Positions 23,042 to 35,300 of a stretch of DNA of 64,000 bases are shown here, in pieces. This DNA comes from an uncultured Planctomycetaceae bacterium (GTDB taxonomy: Bacteria; Planctomycetota; Planctomycetia; Planctomycetales; Planctomycetaceae): positions 1 through 64,000 of the forward strand of contig CAWFGE010000014.1 of NCBI GenBank assembly GCA_963815195.1, in the 5' to 3' direction. Both the position numbers and the translations under genes were made by a program. Every line of letters starts with the position of its first letter. The first letter of the stretch is position 1. The notes beneath the pieces are model-generated. The model made no database searches, was not told where the DNA came from, and saw nothing but the letters and a program-made list of their open reading frames with translations.

Positions 23042-25200
23042 TTGAGCACCAACACCAAAATCGAATGGACCGACGCGACTTGGAATCCGGTCCGAGGCTG
23101 CACGAAGATCAGCCCCGGCTGTGCCCACTGCTACGCCGAAACATTCGCCGAACGGTTTCGCGGCGTGCCGGGCCATCCCTACGAGCAAGGCTTCGATCTG
23201 CGCCTGGTCCCGGAAAAGCTGACTGATCCGTTCCTTTGGGCCAAGCCGCAAATGGTGTTCGTAAACTCGATGAGCGATTTGTTCCACCGCGACGTTCCCG
23301 ACGAATACATCGTGCTGGTTGCCGAAATCATGGCCAAGGCGAACTGGCACACGTACCAGGTTTTGACCAAACGGTCCGAACGCTTGCGGGATTTGCTTCA
23401 AACCAAGCTGGCGTTCGCCGCGGACATGGAGCACATCTGGTGGGGCGTGAGCGTCAAGAACCGAAAAAACGGCCTGCCGCGGATCGATCATTTGCGAGAG
23501 GCCAATCCGAAAATGGCCTTCTTGTCGGTGGAGCCGCTGCTGGAGGATTTAGGCGAAATCGATTTGTCGGGGATCGATTGGGTAATTGTCGGGGGCGAAA
23601 GCGGCGCCGGTGCCCGGCCCATGAAAGCGGAATGGGTCGAGAGCGTTCGGCAGCAATGCGAATCGGCAAACGTGCCGTTCTTCTTGGTTCTTCAGGATAA
23701 TAGGGGGGTAGGGCCTAGTGAACCTATCCGACTAGTTCCCATTGAGTTGTGTGCAGTGAGAGGATTCGTAGTTTGAGTAGTTCTAGATCGCGATAGCCGT
23801 AGGCGCGGCGTTGCATGAGTTTGATCTTGTTGTTCGTTCCCTCCAAAGGGCCGGTCGAGATCGGGTGGCTGTGCCAAGCTAACAGACCCCGGCGGTGGCC
23901 GCGGAGCGTGTTGGCGAACTTCATTAACATGCGGATCCCGCTCGCCTCGGCCCGGCGGCACCAGTCCGCGAGGAAGCGGTTGGCGGCGTGATAGCTCGGC
24001 TGCTCCCAGAACAGCCGCAACTCGTCCTTCAAGTAATAGGCGATTGACAGCGAACGGTTGAGTCTGAGGGCCTCGTCCAGTCGCTCACGTTCGTTTTTCT
24101 TTTCATCGAGGTTCTCGGGATTCTTGAGAAGCAGCCAACGCGTTCCCTTGAGCACGCTCTTTGCTAAACCGTCGACCGCCTCGCTATACAACTGCCGCCG
24201 GAGTTCGGTCAGCTTCTCGTTGAATAACTTCACCACGTGGAATCGGTCGAACACCAAGCGGGCCTTGGGGAGGTTTTCGAGCACGGCGGAAATGTAGGCC
24301 GGTGACATGTCGGTGGCCACCGCTTGGATCTTGGCCTTGGACGATTTGAGCCTGCACCAGAAGGGTTTGAGAGCCTCTGCGCCTTTGCCTTTGCCCACGA
24401 ACACCACCGCCCCCGACCCGAGATCGAGAACCAGCGTGATGTATTTGTGCCGTTTGCCCAGATAGATTTCATCGATCGCGATCTCTTTGAGATTCTTGAG
24501 TTTCGGCCGGGCGAATCGCTTGCCCAACCGCCGCTTCTGAATGTCGTTTGCCAAGTCCCAGGTGATGCCCAAATGCGTTGAGACATCCGAGGGTGTCATG
24601 AACTGAAGCAACTCCATCACGTACCGCTCGAAGCTTTTCGTATGCTGCCGCTTCGGCTCGGCAAACCCCAACTTCACACGCCTTTTGGCTCCGCACTTCT
24701 GGCATTCGATCTTGGGAACGTTCATTTCAATCCAGACCGTCTTGGAACCGATCGGCAAGGTCCGCCAACGCCTGGGATACCACTCGTCAATATGCACATG
24801 AGCACTGCCGCACGCGGGGCACTTCACCGATTTTCGCGGGGCTTCGATTTTCAAGAAAATTTCTCCTCCAACATATTGCGTGGCAAGATAATCGTAGCCG
24901 CGGATCCCAAACGCATGATATAACAGACTCGTGGACATGCTGGTTTCTCCGTGTTAGGGGTCGGATTGTGAACACAACCCCTTATGAAATCAGCATGTCC
25001 GCAATTTTCAAGCCTCCCCCCTATTTTCCGGATGAGCCTTCTTCTTCAAACAATGGGGCGGGGTCCGGAAGAACCTTTCTGGCCGGGAATTGAATGGGCG
25101 AACTTATGACGAGCATCCTCCGATTGTTCGGGGCGAAATGCCGGATCGGGCACGGCGGAAAGAGATGGCGGCGGAATCTTTGGGCTTTCAGATGCCATAA
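23042..25200 (+). pseudogene. DUF5131 / phage Gp37-Gp68-family protein interrupted by ISL3
   Basis: TKIEWTDATWNPVRGCTKISPGCAHCYA, FVNSMSDLFH, WVIVGGESG; resumes at 25039 as FFFKQWGG...GRTYDEHP. Confidence 0.9.
23686..25038 (-). mobile_element. ISL3-family IS, intact (transposase 23724-24938)
   Basis: Ends GGTTCTTCAGGATAATAGGGGG / GGCTCATCCGGAAAATAGGGGG; 8-bp target duplication TTCTTCTT (23678-23685, 25039-25046); CPAC zinc ribbon, IAIDE, DMS, FDRFHVVK, EGTNNKIK..RRAYGYR. Confidence 0.95.
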
Positions 25201-25475
25201 TTTAAGTAGGTCTGCGAGGAAATGCGGTGGCAAGAAGTTACGCCCTAGATTGCTTTTGCGGTACGCATTGCACAATTCGTGCTCCGTCAAACTGAATGCG
25301 TTCGTTCGACCTCGGGTCGATTCCCAGAATACGAAGACCAATAGCGGTTTCAGCAGCACCTAACGGGATGATTGTGAACGACTCACCGTCGTCCAGATAA
25401 ACTTCACAAATCGTGTGGGATATGACGTGGTCCCAAAAACGAAGTAAAGGTCGCGGCAGATGCCTGGGAAATTTC

Positions 25476-28152
25476 GGCTCTTCGGCTAACTTCGTGGCTA
25501 GGTGATTGAGGTCTCGGGTTCCAGATCCAGTCGGCCGCAGAAGAAGAGGATGCGGATGCGGTAGTTCTCGAAGTTCCGAAAGCCCCGGGCGGCGGATTTG
25601 ATGGCTTGGATGCGACTGTTAAACCCCTCCGTCGGTCCGTTGCTGATCGGGTGCCGAAACCACGTCACGATATTGTCCAAATGCCGCTTGATCATTCGTC
25701 CGACTTTAATGATCGGCTGGCAATCGAGCAGCGCGAGGCCCAACGTATGCCAATCTTTCGAAGAAAGCCCGCTCCGTGTACTCGCCCGGCTGTTCCCAAA
25801 ATTCGCGGAACAAATCGCTGATGCCCCAGGCCCGCGCCGTCTTCAGTTTGGCGTTTTTGAGCTCCTCAAACGTCGCCGCCCTCTCCTCGGAAAGATTTTC
25901 TTCGTTGGTCAGCCACAGGTAGCGACTGCCAGTGAGGCGTTCGTCGCCTTCCTGCTTCAAAGCCTTGTGCTCGGCCCGGCGAACCTGATCGACCGCCTCG
26001 TTCAGATGCTTGCGGATGTGAAACCGATCATGCACGATTTCGGCCTGGGGAACATGCTCGGAGGCACTCGCCATGAACGCGGGCCACATATCCATCGCCA
26101 CCGCCTCGATCTGGCCCTTCTGCTCGTCAGACAGCGTATTCCAAAGCGTATCGGCCGCTTCCTGCGTCCTGCCCTCAGCGACCTCCAGCACGCGATGTTC
26201 GTCCAGATCGACGAGCACCGACACATAATCCTGGCCCTTGCCGAAGCTCTTCTCGTCGATGCCAACATGACGCGATGTCCTCCGTGTCCCGGACTTCCAA
26301 CCCGCGCCGGACGGCCACGCTCATGATGTCTTGAGCGGAATGCCAACTCAGCCGCAACAGTTTTCTGCCCTGCTCGATGCTGGCCGAGGCTTGAAGCACG
26401 CGGATCGCAAACGCCTGAAACATCAGCGTGAACCGGCCGTGCGGCTCGGCCCAAGGCAAATCCACATTGAGCACCCCGCACTTCGGGCAACTTGTGCGAG
26501 GCGTGCGGGCCACCAGAACCGTCTCGAACTGCATGGTGTCCAAGTGCCGCCACTCGCGCTCGGCCGCATGATCCTTGAGCGGTCTTTGCTCTCCACACAC
26601 CGGACAATAGCACGCCGAACCGCCCACCCGCTCAAGACGAATCGTCACTCTCTGAGAAGAAAGATCGAGGTCCACATCAGCGACTTTCCAGTCTTCACCG
26701 AGTCCCAACAACCGAGCATAATGAACCGAGAGGTCTTCCATCAAAGTCGCATCCCAAAAACCGCAGAATAGCAGCCGAAACCCCATCTTAGGATCGGTGA
26801 AAAAACAACTGTCGGATTTTTTGTTATAATTGAAATGGAGAATGACACCAGGACTAAGTTTGCCACGGAGGAACGGATTGATGGCATTTCAGTTTTTTCA
26901 TCAGTATGACCCTGACATCGAAGAGCGGATGTGGAGTGTGTTTCAGACGCTTGGCGAGAAAGAGAAACGCCGCTATGCCGCGATTGAGGCGATCAAGCTG
27001 CCTCACGGCGGGATTCAATACATCGCCGAGGTGCTCGGCTGTTCCCGCCGCACCATCGAGCGCGGCATCGAGGAGTTGGATGAACTTCCGGACGACCCCG
27101 CCGCCGGAGGCGCAGCGTCGGCCGGGTGGCGGCCGCAAAAAGGCCACGGAAGAGAATCCGGAACTTGAAGACAATCTTTACGAGGTGCTCGATTTTCGTC
27201 TGGCGGGTGATCCCGACGATCCGCTCGAACTGTGGACGGACCTCGAATTGCCGGAGATGACCGAGGAACTGGAGGCGATGGGAACCCCCATCAGTGGGCC
27301 CACGCTGGAGAACTTGCTCGGCGATCTGGGCATCGCGCAACGGAAAATTGACAACTCGCTCCCCGGCGGCCACGCGCCCGATCGCAACGAGCAGTTCGAA
27401 CACATCCAGGCGTTGCGGGAACTCTTTGCCCGAGAAGGCAATCCGATTTTCAGCCTGGACACCAAGGCGAAGGAGCATCTGGGCTATCTTTACCGCGAAG
27501 GCCGGACCTGGCGCAACAAAGCCGAGCGGGCCTATGATCACGACTTTCCCAGTTGGGCCGACGGCGTGCTCATTCCGCACGGTATCTACGACTTGAAGCG
27601 CAATCATGGACACATCAACCTGGGCACCTCGCATGAGACCAGCCAGTTCGCCTGCGAGAGTTTTCGGTGGTATTGGAAGCGAATCGCCCGGCAGCATTAT
27701 CCCCACGCCTCGGAAATCCTTTGGCTCTGCGACGCGGGCGGTAGCAACAACTATCGACACCATATCTTCAAACAGGACTTGGAGGCATTGGCTGGGGAAA
27801 TTGGCTTGCCGATCCGGGTCGCTCACTATCCGACCTATTGTTCCAAATATAACCCGATCGAGCGGCGGTTCTTTCCGCACGTCACGCGGGCCTGCCAAGG
27901 CATGCTGTTCGACACCATCGAGACCGCGACGCGTCTAATGCGAAAGACCAAGACCCGAACCGGACTGACATCGAGTGTGCACGTCATCAAAAAGCTCTAT
28001 CACAAAGGCCGTAAAGTCCGCGACAATTTTCTGGAGACCGCCCGCATTATATACGACACGATACTCCCCAAATGGAACTATACTGCCCTAATAAATTGAA
28101 TACGACAGTTGTTTTTTTCTCGATCCTTAGCCATGAAACTAGGCGAAGAACC
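25476..28152 (-). mobile_element. Second ISL3-family IS (transposase ~26741-25498, frameshifted) carrying a nested ISAzo13
   Basis: Ends GGCTCTTCGGCTAACTTCGTGGCTA / GGTTCTTCGCCTAGTTTCATGGCTA; 8-bp target duplication GAAATTTC (25468-25475, 28153-28160); WRHLDTMQF, DMW, HDRFH, EGFNSRIQ..ARGFR. Confidence 0.9.
26791..28126 (+). mobile_element. ISAzo13-family IS (transposase 26881-28099, frameshift near 27110)
   Basis: 24-bp imperfect inverted repeats GGATCG...AAAAAACAACTGTCG; TTA duplication on both sides; SLDTKAKE, DHDF, CDAGGSN, HYPTYCSKYNPIERR, WNYT. Confidence 0.9.
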
Positions 28153-28734
28153 GAAATTTCCAGGTGAACGATAGTGTTTCCACGGAAGCTGTATGTTGTA
28201 TCAATGGCAGCCGAATTAGGAAGAGCCGTTTCGCCCAGAGGACATCTATGCTCGCTCGATGTGCGGGGGATTCTTTCCAACCGTAGAATGCCGCAATAGT
28301 TGGCAGCCGATGATTTGGTAGCTGAAGCAATCGCCTTGAAGGCGAGAGCGTGTCAAACCATGTCCAATTTGGTATGGGAAGTCCACATCGTTCGAATTCC
28401 CAAATCAGCACATTGTGGTCGAATGATGCGTTGTGTGCTACAAGAGGGGTTTCTGGCGTTATGAATTCTGAAAGTCTCTGTAAAGCGTCTTTCGTCGGTA
28501 GTGCATTACACAATCTGCTCTGAAGAAAGATTTAGGAAATCTCCGGCATCACGTGGCAATGGCATGCCACATTGTACTAACGAGTAGAACCGGCGGAACT
28601 CGTGACCTTGTGTGTCAAACTCAATTGCGGCGATTTCGACGATACGAGATCCTGGTTCGACGCCTGTCGTCTCGCAATCGAGAGCCATAAATCGATCGAT
28701 GTCGGATAAAAGCATTTATAACTCCAATCAAGAC

Positions 28735-29420
28735 CGCTTCACCCCCACGTGCGTGGGGACAACCGGATGGCTTAGGCGTCAAGCACGTGCGATTTGCGGT
28801 TCACCCCCACGTGCGTGGGGACAACTTCCCCAATGGCTTCCAGAAGCCCCCCATAACGGTTCACCCCCACGTGCGTGGGGACAACTTGGCGTGATGCGTC
28901 ATTTAGCTTATCGGAGGCGGTTCACCCCCACGTGCCGCCGTTGGTCGTGCTGCCGAATTCGCCGGTTCACCCCCACGTGCGTGGGGACAACCCGGGCAGA
29001 TAAAAATTCAACCATTGTTGACGTCCGGTTCACCCCCACGTGCGTGGGGACAACGTTCTGGTACATCGTTTCGCGGTCGATCGCTTCCGGTTCACCCACG
29101 TGCGTGGGGACAACAAAAATCGGCAGGCACTTGAAGGGCATCTCGTCGGTTCACCCCCACGTGCGTGGGGACAACGAGACTCCGCGTCGGCGGCCTCGCC
29201 GTCTCTTCCGGTTCACCCCCACGTGCGTGGGGACAACCGCGCCATTGGCTTCCAGCTTGGCCTCGGTCCGCGGTTCACCCCCACGTGCGTGGGGACAACC
29301 CAACCGAGCAACACGCCCGGCGGCTATTTCGGTTCACCCCCACGTGCGTGGGGACAACGAGCTGCTGGAGACCGATGCCGTGCTTGAAGTACGGTTCACC
29401 CCCACGTGCGTGGGGACAAC
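28735..29420 (-). CRISPR. Type I-E-like CRISPR array, 12 repeats / 11 spacers; no cas genes in window
   Basis: 29-bp repeat GTTGTCCCCACGCACGTGGGGGTGAACCG (minus strand) at 28735, 28797, 28857, 28918 (truncated), 28963, 29026, 29088 (2-bp deletion), 29147, 29209, 29271, 29330, 29392; spacers mostly 32-33 bp; mismatched repeat at 28735 marks the trailer. Confidence 0.97.
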
Positions 29421-29882
29421 TCGGTCGCAATCCTCCCCGTACACAACACGTTACTAACCATTCGCGCACGACCCGATTGCGGAACTTGAGACTCGGCAAT
29501 GCTTTACGAAAGTTCGAGTCTTCTATGGTGCCTGAAAACGCAGACAACAGGTTACGAACCTTCGACCCACGGGTTAGCAGAGAGCGCGAATCCAGCAGCC
29601 GGTTTGGAAGTTGGTTAACAGCCGGCGCAAATTAAGACCTGGATTCGAACCGGCCGTCGACTGCTCTTCGCGATCCCCAACCGCGTGAATCTTGTCACTC
29701 GCAACGGCCGAATCCGCGCGTCTGTTGCCAGAAGACATCGCGCGGAAATGGTTATTCCGATGTGCCTTTCCCAATTTTGCTTTGATTCCAAACAAACGAA
29801 AAAAATCGGCTCGGCCTGGGTCTTAGCGGGGTAAAAAAAGTCCGTCCTCCCTGAAATTCTAGCTTCTCTTGATTTAGCACCT

Positions 29883-30479
29883 ATGCCGAAGATTTTCCAC
29901 CCTCTGCTCATTATGCTGGCCGGTTGCACGGAAAAAGAACTGGCCCGCCAGGTCCAGTACCTGAAAGAAGAGAATCGAATCCTCCGGGAGAAACTGCCCA
30001 AACGGATCACGGTCACGCCGGAAGAACGGCGGAGCCTGGTGAAGTTTGGCAAACCGGTCGGAAAGGCGATCAAAGAATTGATCTCGATCGTCACACCGCG
30101 AACCTTTGCCCGCTGGGTGGCCGCTGAGAAAAAGACAGACGAACCGAAGCAGACGAAGAAAGCTGGCCGGCCGAGAACGCCGGAAGAGATTCGCGAGTTA
30201 GTGGTGAAGCTGGCAAAAGAAACCGGCTGGGGCTACACCAAGATCCTGGGCGAATTACGAAAGCTTGGCATTCGCAAGATCACCCGGCAGACCGTCAAGA
30301 ACATTCTCAAAGAACACGGCTTCGATCCCGGTCCAAAGCGGGGCAAGGGCACCTGGGATGAGTTTTTGAAAATCCACGCCGAGACGTTATGGCAATGCGA
30401 TTTCTTCACCAAGAAAGTCTGGACACTCGGCGGCTTGGTCGAGATGTATGTCCTGGCTTTCATCCACGTCGGCAACTGA
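29883..30479 (+). pseudogene. rve integrase-core (IS481/IS3-like) transposase, 3'-truncated
   Basis: [27 protein letters not shown]; stops shortly after the first catalytic Asp; close paralogue at 63424. Confidence 0.85.
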
Positions 30480-30660
30480 GCCGAAGCGAATCGACCCCGG
30501 TAAGCCTACCCGTGATCCGCTCCGGCTCGCCCGGTATTACCAGTCGCTGCTCGACACCGGCAAGTTCGAGAGCCGGGCGGCACTGCGCGGTTTCTGGGAG
30601 TCAGTCGCGCCCGCGTGACGCAGGTTCTCAACTGCCTGAAGTCGCCAGCCGCCGATTTAG
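30480..30660 (+). pseudogene. HTH fragment of recombinase-associated type
   Basis: Translated by eye: RLARYYQSLLDTGKFESRAAL / FLGVSRARVTQVLNCLK. Confidence 0.55.
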
Positions 30661-30920
30661 AACGGATACCACCGAATCAAGGCGACTTCGAAGTTGCATG
30701 AAGTCTCCGCCTCCCTTGCTGCCCTAATTCGGAAACACGGCGTCAGAACCCAGGACCGACACCGACTCGTCTATGTACTTCCGCACACTACAAACTCCAT
30801 CTGACTGGAACCAGTACTGAAACCGTAACTCGAACAGTTTGGCAAATCGAATACGCGACGAAATATCCAGCCCGACAACTTGTTGGCAAATGAGGTGGGA
30901 CAGGCTATGCCGCATGAGTG

Positions 30921-31625
30921 TCAGTGAATCCTCTTCAAGAACTGTATCGTTCGTTGAGTCGAGTCGGTTTGAGCGGTTGCGGTCCACTCGACGCCTTCAG
31001 GCTGTCCTGGGTGGCCGCAGTCGTAGTCATTATGGAGCTTGCAACTGACTCCGTGTCCGTCGAGCCATCTTTTCAGTTTCCGCGACTGCGAATCCGGAAC
31101 GACGATGTCCTGATTGCCATGATGAATGAGAACCGGTGGTAATGACCGGACGCGGGGGTCAGTCAGTTTCATTGCTGGCGGCATCGGCATGAGTCCGAAA
31201 CGCTCAACCGGACCAAAGTAGTCAACAACCGCAGTGACTCTCTTCTTCAATGCTGCATTCAGCACCAGATTTGCGCCAGAGAAAAACCGACAAACGCCAC
31301 TTTTCCGCTACTGACCTTTCCGTTCACCCAATCGACGACTGCCGCCAGTGTATCAATCCACCTTTCCGACTTGTTTAGGTTTGCGGTGACTCCGACCGTT
31401 CCTGCTGACGTTCCTGTGCTTTCAAAATAATCCGGAAACGCCGTCAGATACCCGGCTTCCGCAGCTTCTTTGCAAAAGTCCTCAATCAGCGCAGTTGAAC
31501 GGAGGATTCATTCCCTCAGTCCCGTAAGCCACAATTACAGCACTGTTGGGTGTGGTTGCTCCGTCCTGATAAATGTCCACGTTGATTGGCTTGCCAGCCA
31601 GCACAGGCGTTTCGCGAGTCGGCAT
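30921..31625 (-). CDS. Dienelactone-hydrolase-like alpha/beta hydrolase (two frameshifts)
   Basis: AVIVAYGTEG, GYLTAFPDYF, VAFVGFSL, PVLIHHGNQDIVVP, DCGH across joined frames. Confidence 0.7.
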
Positions 31626-31713
31626 CACTCTCTCCTCAGGAACAGTAGTAGCCCAAAGCCGGACCATTGAGCACATGTGAATACGATTCTGCTACTGCGA
31701 TTGGATGTGGCGA

Positions 31714-32313
31714 CTAAGTTGTCTGCATGAAGTTCACCAGAACATGGCCATCTGAAACCAACCCATCAAGTACCTGCTTCAGAGCACTCGCGGTCGTTGG
31801 TTTGACATGGAACAGCAGGCGAAAGGTGGTGCGTGAAGGATTGCTTGCGATGTCCGATCGAATCGCCGCCAGCATGGAAGCGGCATCGTTTGCGCCCTTT
31901 GAATCTTTGCTGTCCGCATGAATATCGCAGTGCGATAACTGATAGAGCGGATTTTCGCCGCCGGTCAGCAGTCCCTGCAGCCGGGAAATCTGTTGAAGGC
32001 GAGGAGCCCGCCAGAACTTCATGGCATGTCGTGTCGCCGAAAGCACCGCGTCGTGTGTGTCCCTAAACTGCTTCAGAATCTGAGCGTCCGTGTAATTGGC
32101 CGTGGCGGGTTCGAGATGATCCCATGAGTGATTACCCAGCGCGTGTCCCTGTTCCAAGATTTTCTTCGTGGCTGCCGGACTGTTTTGAACTTCCTGCCCA
32201 AGATTGAAGAACGCACCGACAATACCTCGCGTTTTCAGCTCCGCCAGAATCGCGTCCAAAGCCGACGCGACAGGTTCCGGACCGTCATCAACGGTGATTT
32301 GCAGTTTTGCCAT
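31714..32313 (-). CDS. Polysaccharide deacetylase (NodB/CE4) domain protein, no signal peptide
   Basis: TVDDGP, GNHSWDH, WRAP, LLFH motifs. Confidence 0.85.
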   Translation of the reverse strand: MAKLQITVDDGPEPVASALDAILAELKTRGIVGAFFNLGQEVQNSPAATKKILEQGHALGNHSWDHLEPATANYTDAQILKQFRDTHDAVLSATRHAMKFWRAPRLQQISRLQGLLTGGENPLYQLSHCDIHADSKDSKGANDAASMLAAIRSDIASNPSRTTFRLLFHVKPTTASALKQVLDGLVSDGHVLVNFMQTT

Positions 32314-32379
32314 GGTGTTCTTTCGTCAGCGAGTATCTGCGAATGGGAATTGAGATTGCCTGCCTCAGGCATCATGTCA

Positions 32380-35300
32380 TCATGTAACAGTCGAAGCCGC
32401 GATCTCCTGATGCGTTTCGACCGTGGCCCCGTCGTCAAATACTTTGACCATGTGCAACTCTGCAGACGCGTCGGTCGTGAACGGATCGGACAGCGCCACC
32501 GTTTCCACATCAGCAGCATCAAAGCGAAGCCACGGTTGTTCCCCTTCCGTCGAGTGCAGTTTGACGTTGAGGCCGTTTGATGAAGCAGCCGGACCATCGA
32601 TGAGCGTCAACTCCCGGACCTTCCCAAGTATGCCGGAAAATGAGTCTTCCTTTGAACGCAGGACAGCATGTACGCGCGGAGATTGCGGCTGGTACGGCAC
32701 ATCGCGGGTCGTCAGCTCTTCCCCAGCCGCCAGAAGTTTCGGGGCCTTCTTGTAGACATCATCCGTGATCGTGTCGGCATCTTTCCACCAGGCCAGATTG
32801 AGACGCGTTTCCGCTGGGGCCAGTCTGTTCAATATCGTTGGTGGAGTCGGTCCTGAATCGTTGGCCGGGCGAGTCAACCGCCAGATTTTATAGTCTCCTG
32901 ACTCGGTAACGTCTCCGAAGATCTCGTCCGCAGGCCATGCTTTGTACTCGGGTCCGGATTCACCTAGCACAATTTCAACGAGTTTCGGCTTCACTTTCGT
33001 CCCGTCTCCATTGTTCAAGTCTCGCTCCGCCCAAAGGTCCGTGATGCGAGTCACGATGAAAACGTCGAACGCCTCAACCGATCGTTTTTCAGCAACCGCC
33101 TTCAGTGGCATCGGTAGCTGGCTATCGATCTCAGTAATCTGCTCGCCGAGGCGGACAAACCAACGCAAACATTTGTCCGGTTCCTGGATGGTGTACTCCT
33201 CGGCCCCATCGACCTTGACGATGGCTAGTGAGTCCGAGAAACCGGACTTCTCCATCGGAACAATACTCAGCGTTTCCGTCCAGGCGATCCTGGCTGTCAT
33301 TCTGCCGTCTGCTCGCTCGAACTTCGTTCCCCGAACAAGATCAAAATCAATATGCAAACTCGATCGCGGTGGCGGGGCGAAACGCTGCGGGTCGCGACGC
33401 AGGTAGGTCGTCGGAAGTGCGGAATGCATCATGTCGCTGTCAGTCGCGGGGGCGGTACCGACACACTGCACGATCTGATGGAACGCGGCGCCTGGTTTAT
33501 CCACTCCGAATCCCAGTTCAAACGATTGTGGAACGAACGCTGCCCCGTTTGCTTGCGCGGAAGCCGCCACTAATGGTCTGGCGGGCGTCTCCGCACCTCG
33601 CAACGCCGGCAGTTCCGCAATGCGAATGGCTGGTAATGTTTTCTCGTTCGAATTGTCGTTCGACTGCTGCGACAACATCGGCATACGTTCGAAGCCTCTC
33701 AGGGCCGAACGCTCGTGCGAAAAATAAGCCGGGAAGAAGCGAGGCGACCCGTGCGTCTTCATCCCGTACACGACCGCCGGCGTAGCAATCGGGGGTCGCT
33801 GTCCTCCAACTTCTCATCCTCTGTTGCCGGTGCCTGCTGTTCCTGTCGTTTTGCCGCGAGGGGAACCAGGCTGTGGTACGGCGAATTGACGAAGCGGTAA
33901 CTGACGCGTCCGCGAGCGTCTCGCGTTCGAGCTAGCAGGACTCCGGACAGTCCCGCACGAAGAGCATGCGTCTGAATGCGGACATCGTCGAACAGCATCG
34001 TCACTTCGGACTGAGCCGCTCCGCTGCTTCGCAGAATGGTGCTGGTGAGCACGTTGCGAACGGTCGGAGTGGCCATTTCACCATCGGAGGACTGGCTGTT
34101 CGGCTCGCCAAACAAGATGGAACCGTCACGATGAATGGTCAGAACACTCTCAGTCAGCAGCCGCGACCAGTCCAGTGCGCGACCCTGTGGACGGACCAGA
34201 AGATTGAGCGTGAGAGCCGTAATTCCGCGGCGTTCTGGCCAGCGGGGCCAACAGCCAGAGTTTATCTTCGGCTGCGTCGGCAAAGTCGTCTATCGGCGTC
34301 GACGGGGATCAATCTCAGGACGTTGTCTTTGAGTTCCACCTTGCCGGCGAGTCGAGCGATTCGACCTGGCAAGACAGATTGATTGTCCGGCGGCAATTGA
34401 TCGGTGAGCGGAAACCGCCAGTCGAACGTGCTGCCTTCTTTGATTGAGACACTTCCATTGGCAATCACCAGATGCACCAAGGCCGATGTGATTTTCTCTT
34501 CTTTCTTGTCGTCGATTTCCTTATCGACGATCGGCACTGTCTTGCCGTCAGGCGTCATTTCAGCGGGATTCGACAGAATGACGTCGAGTTCCATTTTTGT
34601 GACGTTTACGTCCTGACCGCCCGTGACAGCAGCGATCGGTTGGTCCAATACAACTTTGGTAAACTGAACCAGTTCGATCGGCAGGCCAAACAGACGAGCC
34701 ACCTTGCTTTCGTCGTCTCCCTTGCCGCAAATCCCGTAAACGCCGTGCCGATACTGGCGGTGGTGCCTATCAAACGGGACTGGCTTCCAGGCATTCGTCC
34801 CATCCGCCGGCGTCAATGGCAGGTCCTGGCACAGGAACCGAACATTCTCTGCGACGCCTACCGGCTCCCCGACCGTTGACAGCATCAGAACGAGTTCCCG
34901 ACCGTTACCGTCATCCTTTGGCACACTGATCACTTCCGCCCAATAACGCGTGCCAGACTGATTCGTGCTCGTTTGACGCGTCACTCCAAGCACGTCGAGA
35001 TATTTCTTTGAAGTTTGCGTGTGCCGAAACTTCTCCTGGCCGGATTCAGGATCCCAAACTCGAACCGTCCCATCGGCACCGCCCGTGACGACCCACGCAC
35101 CGAACCTGGCTTCGGGCGAACTCATCATCGTGTCAGCCTGACGTCCGGGGACGAGCACAGCCGAAAGCAATTCGCCTTCGTGATCGCCAAATCGGATTTC
35201 TTCAGCGATCTGAGGTCGGAGAAATGGGAGTTGATCACCGACCCCTTCCGTTTCAACCCACGTCTCAACTGGCCAAAGCAACACATCTGACTGACCGACT

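Larger units (their letters stand above)
25238..28715 (-). pseudogene. DEDDh (DnaQ-like) 3'-5' exonuclease with small C-terminal domain, split by ISL3
   Basis: LDCETTG, VAHNASFD, FDTL, HRASID; removing 25476-28160 restores ...SFTWKFPRHLPRP... open to TAA at 25238; one frameshift near 28510. Confidence 0.85.

Noticed and set aside
23042..25200. Prophage, suggested by the Gp37/Gp68-family gene
   Set aside because: No terminase, capsid, portal or tail genes recognised in the window.
28612..29635. ORFs of 77-281 aa across the CRISPR array
   Set aside because: They are translations of repeats and spacers (recurring RFTPTCVGTT / GSPPRAWGQ).
30724..30987. 87-aa ORF after the hydrolase as an eighth cluster gene
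   Set aside because: Overlaps the hydrolase end, with no clear RBS or motif.
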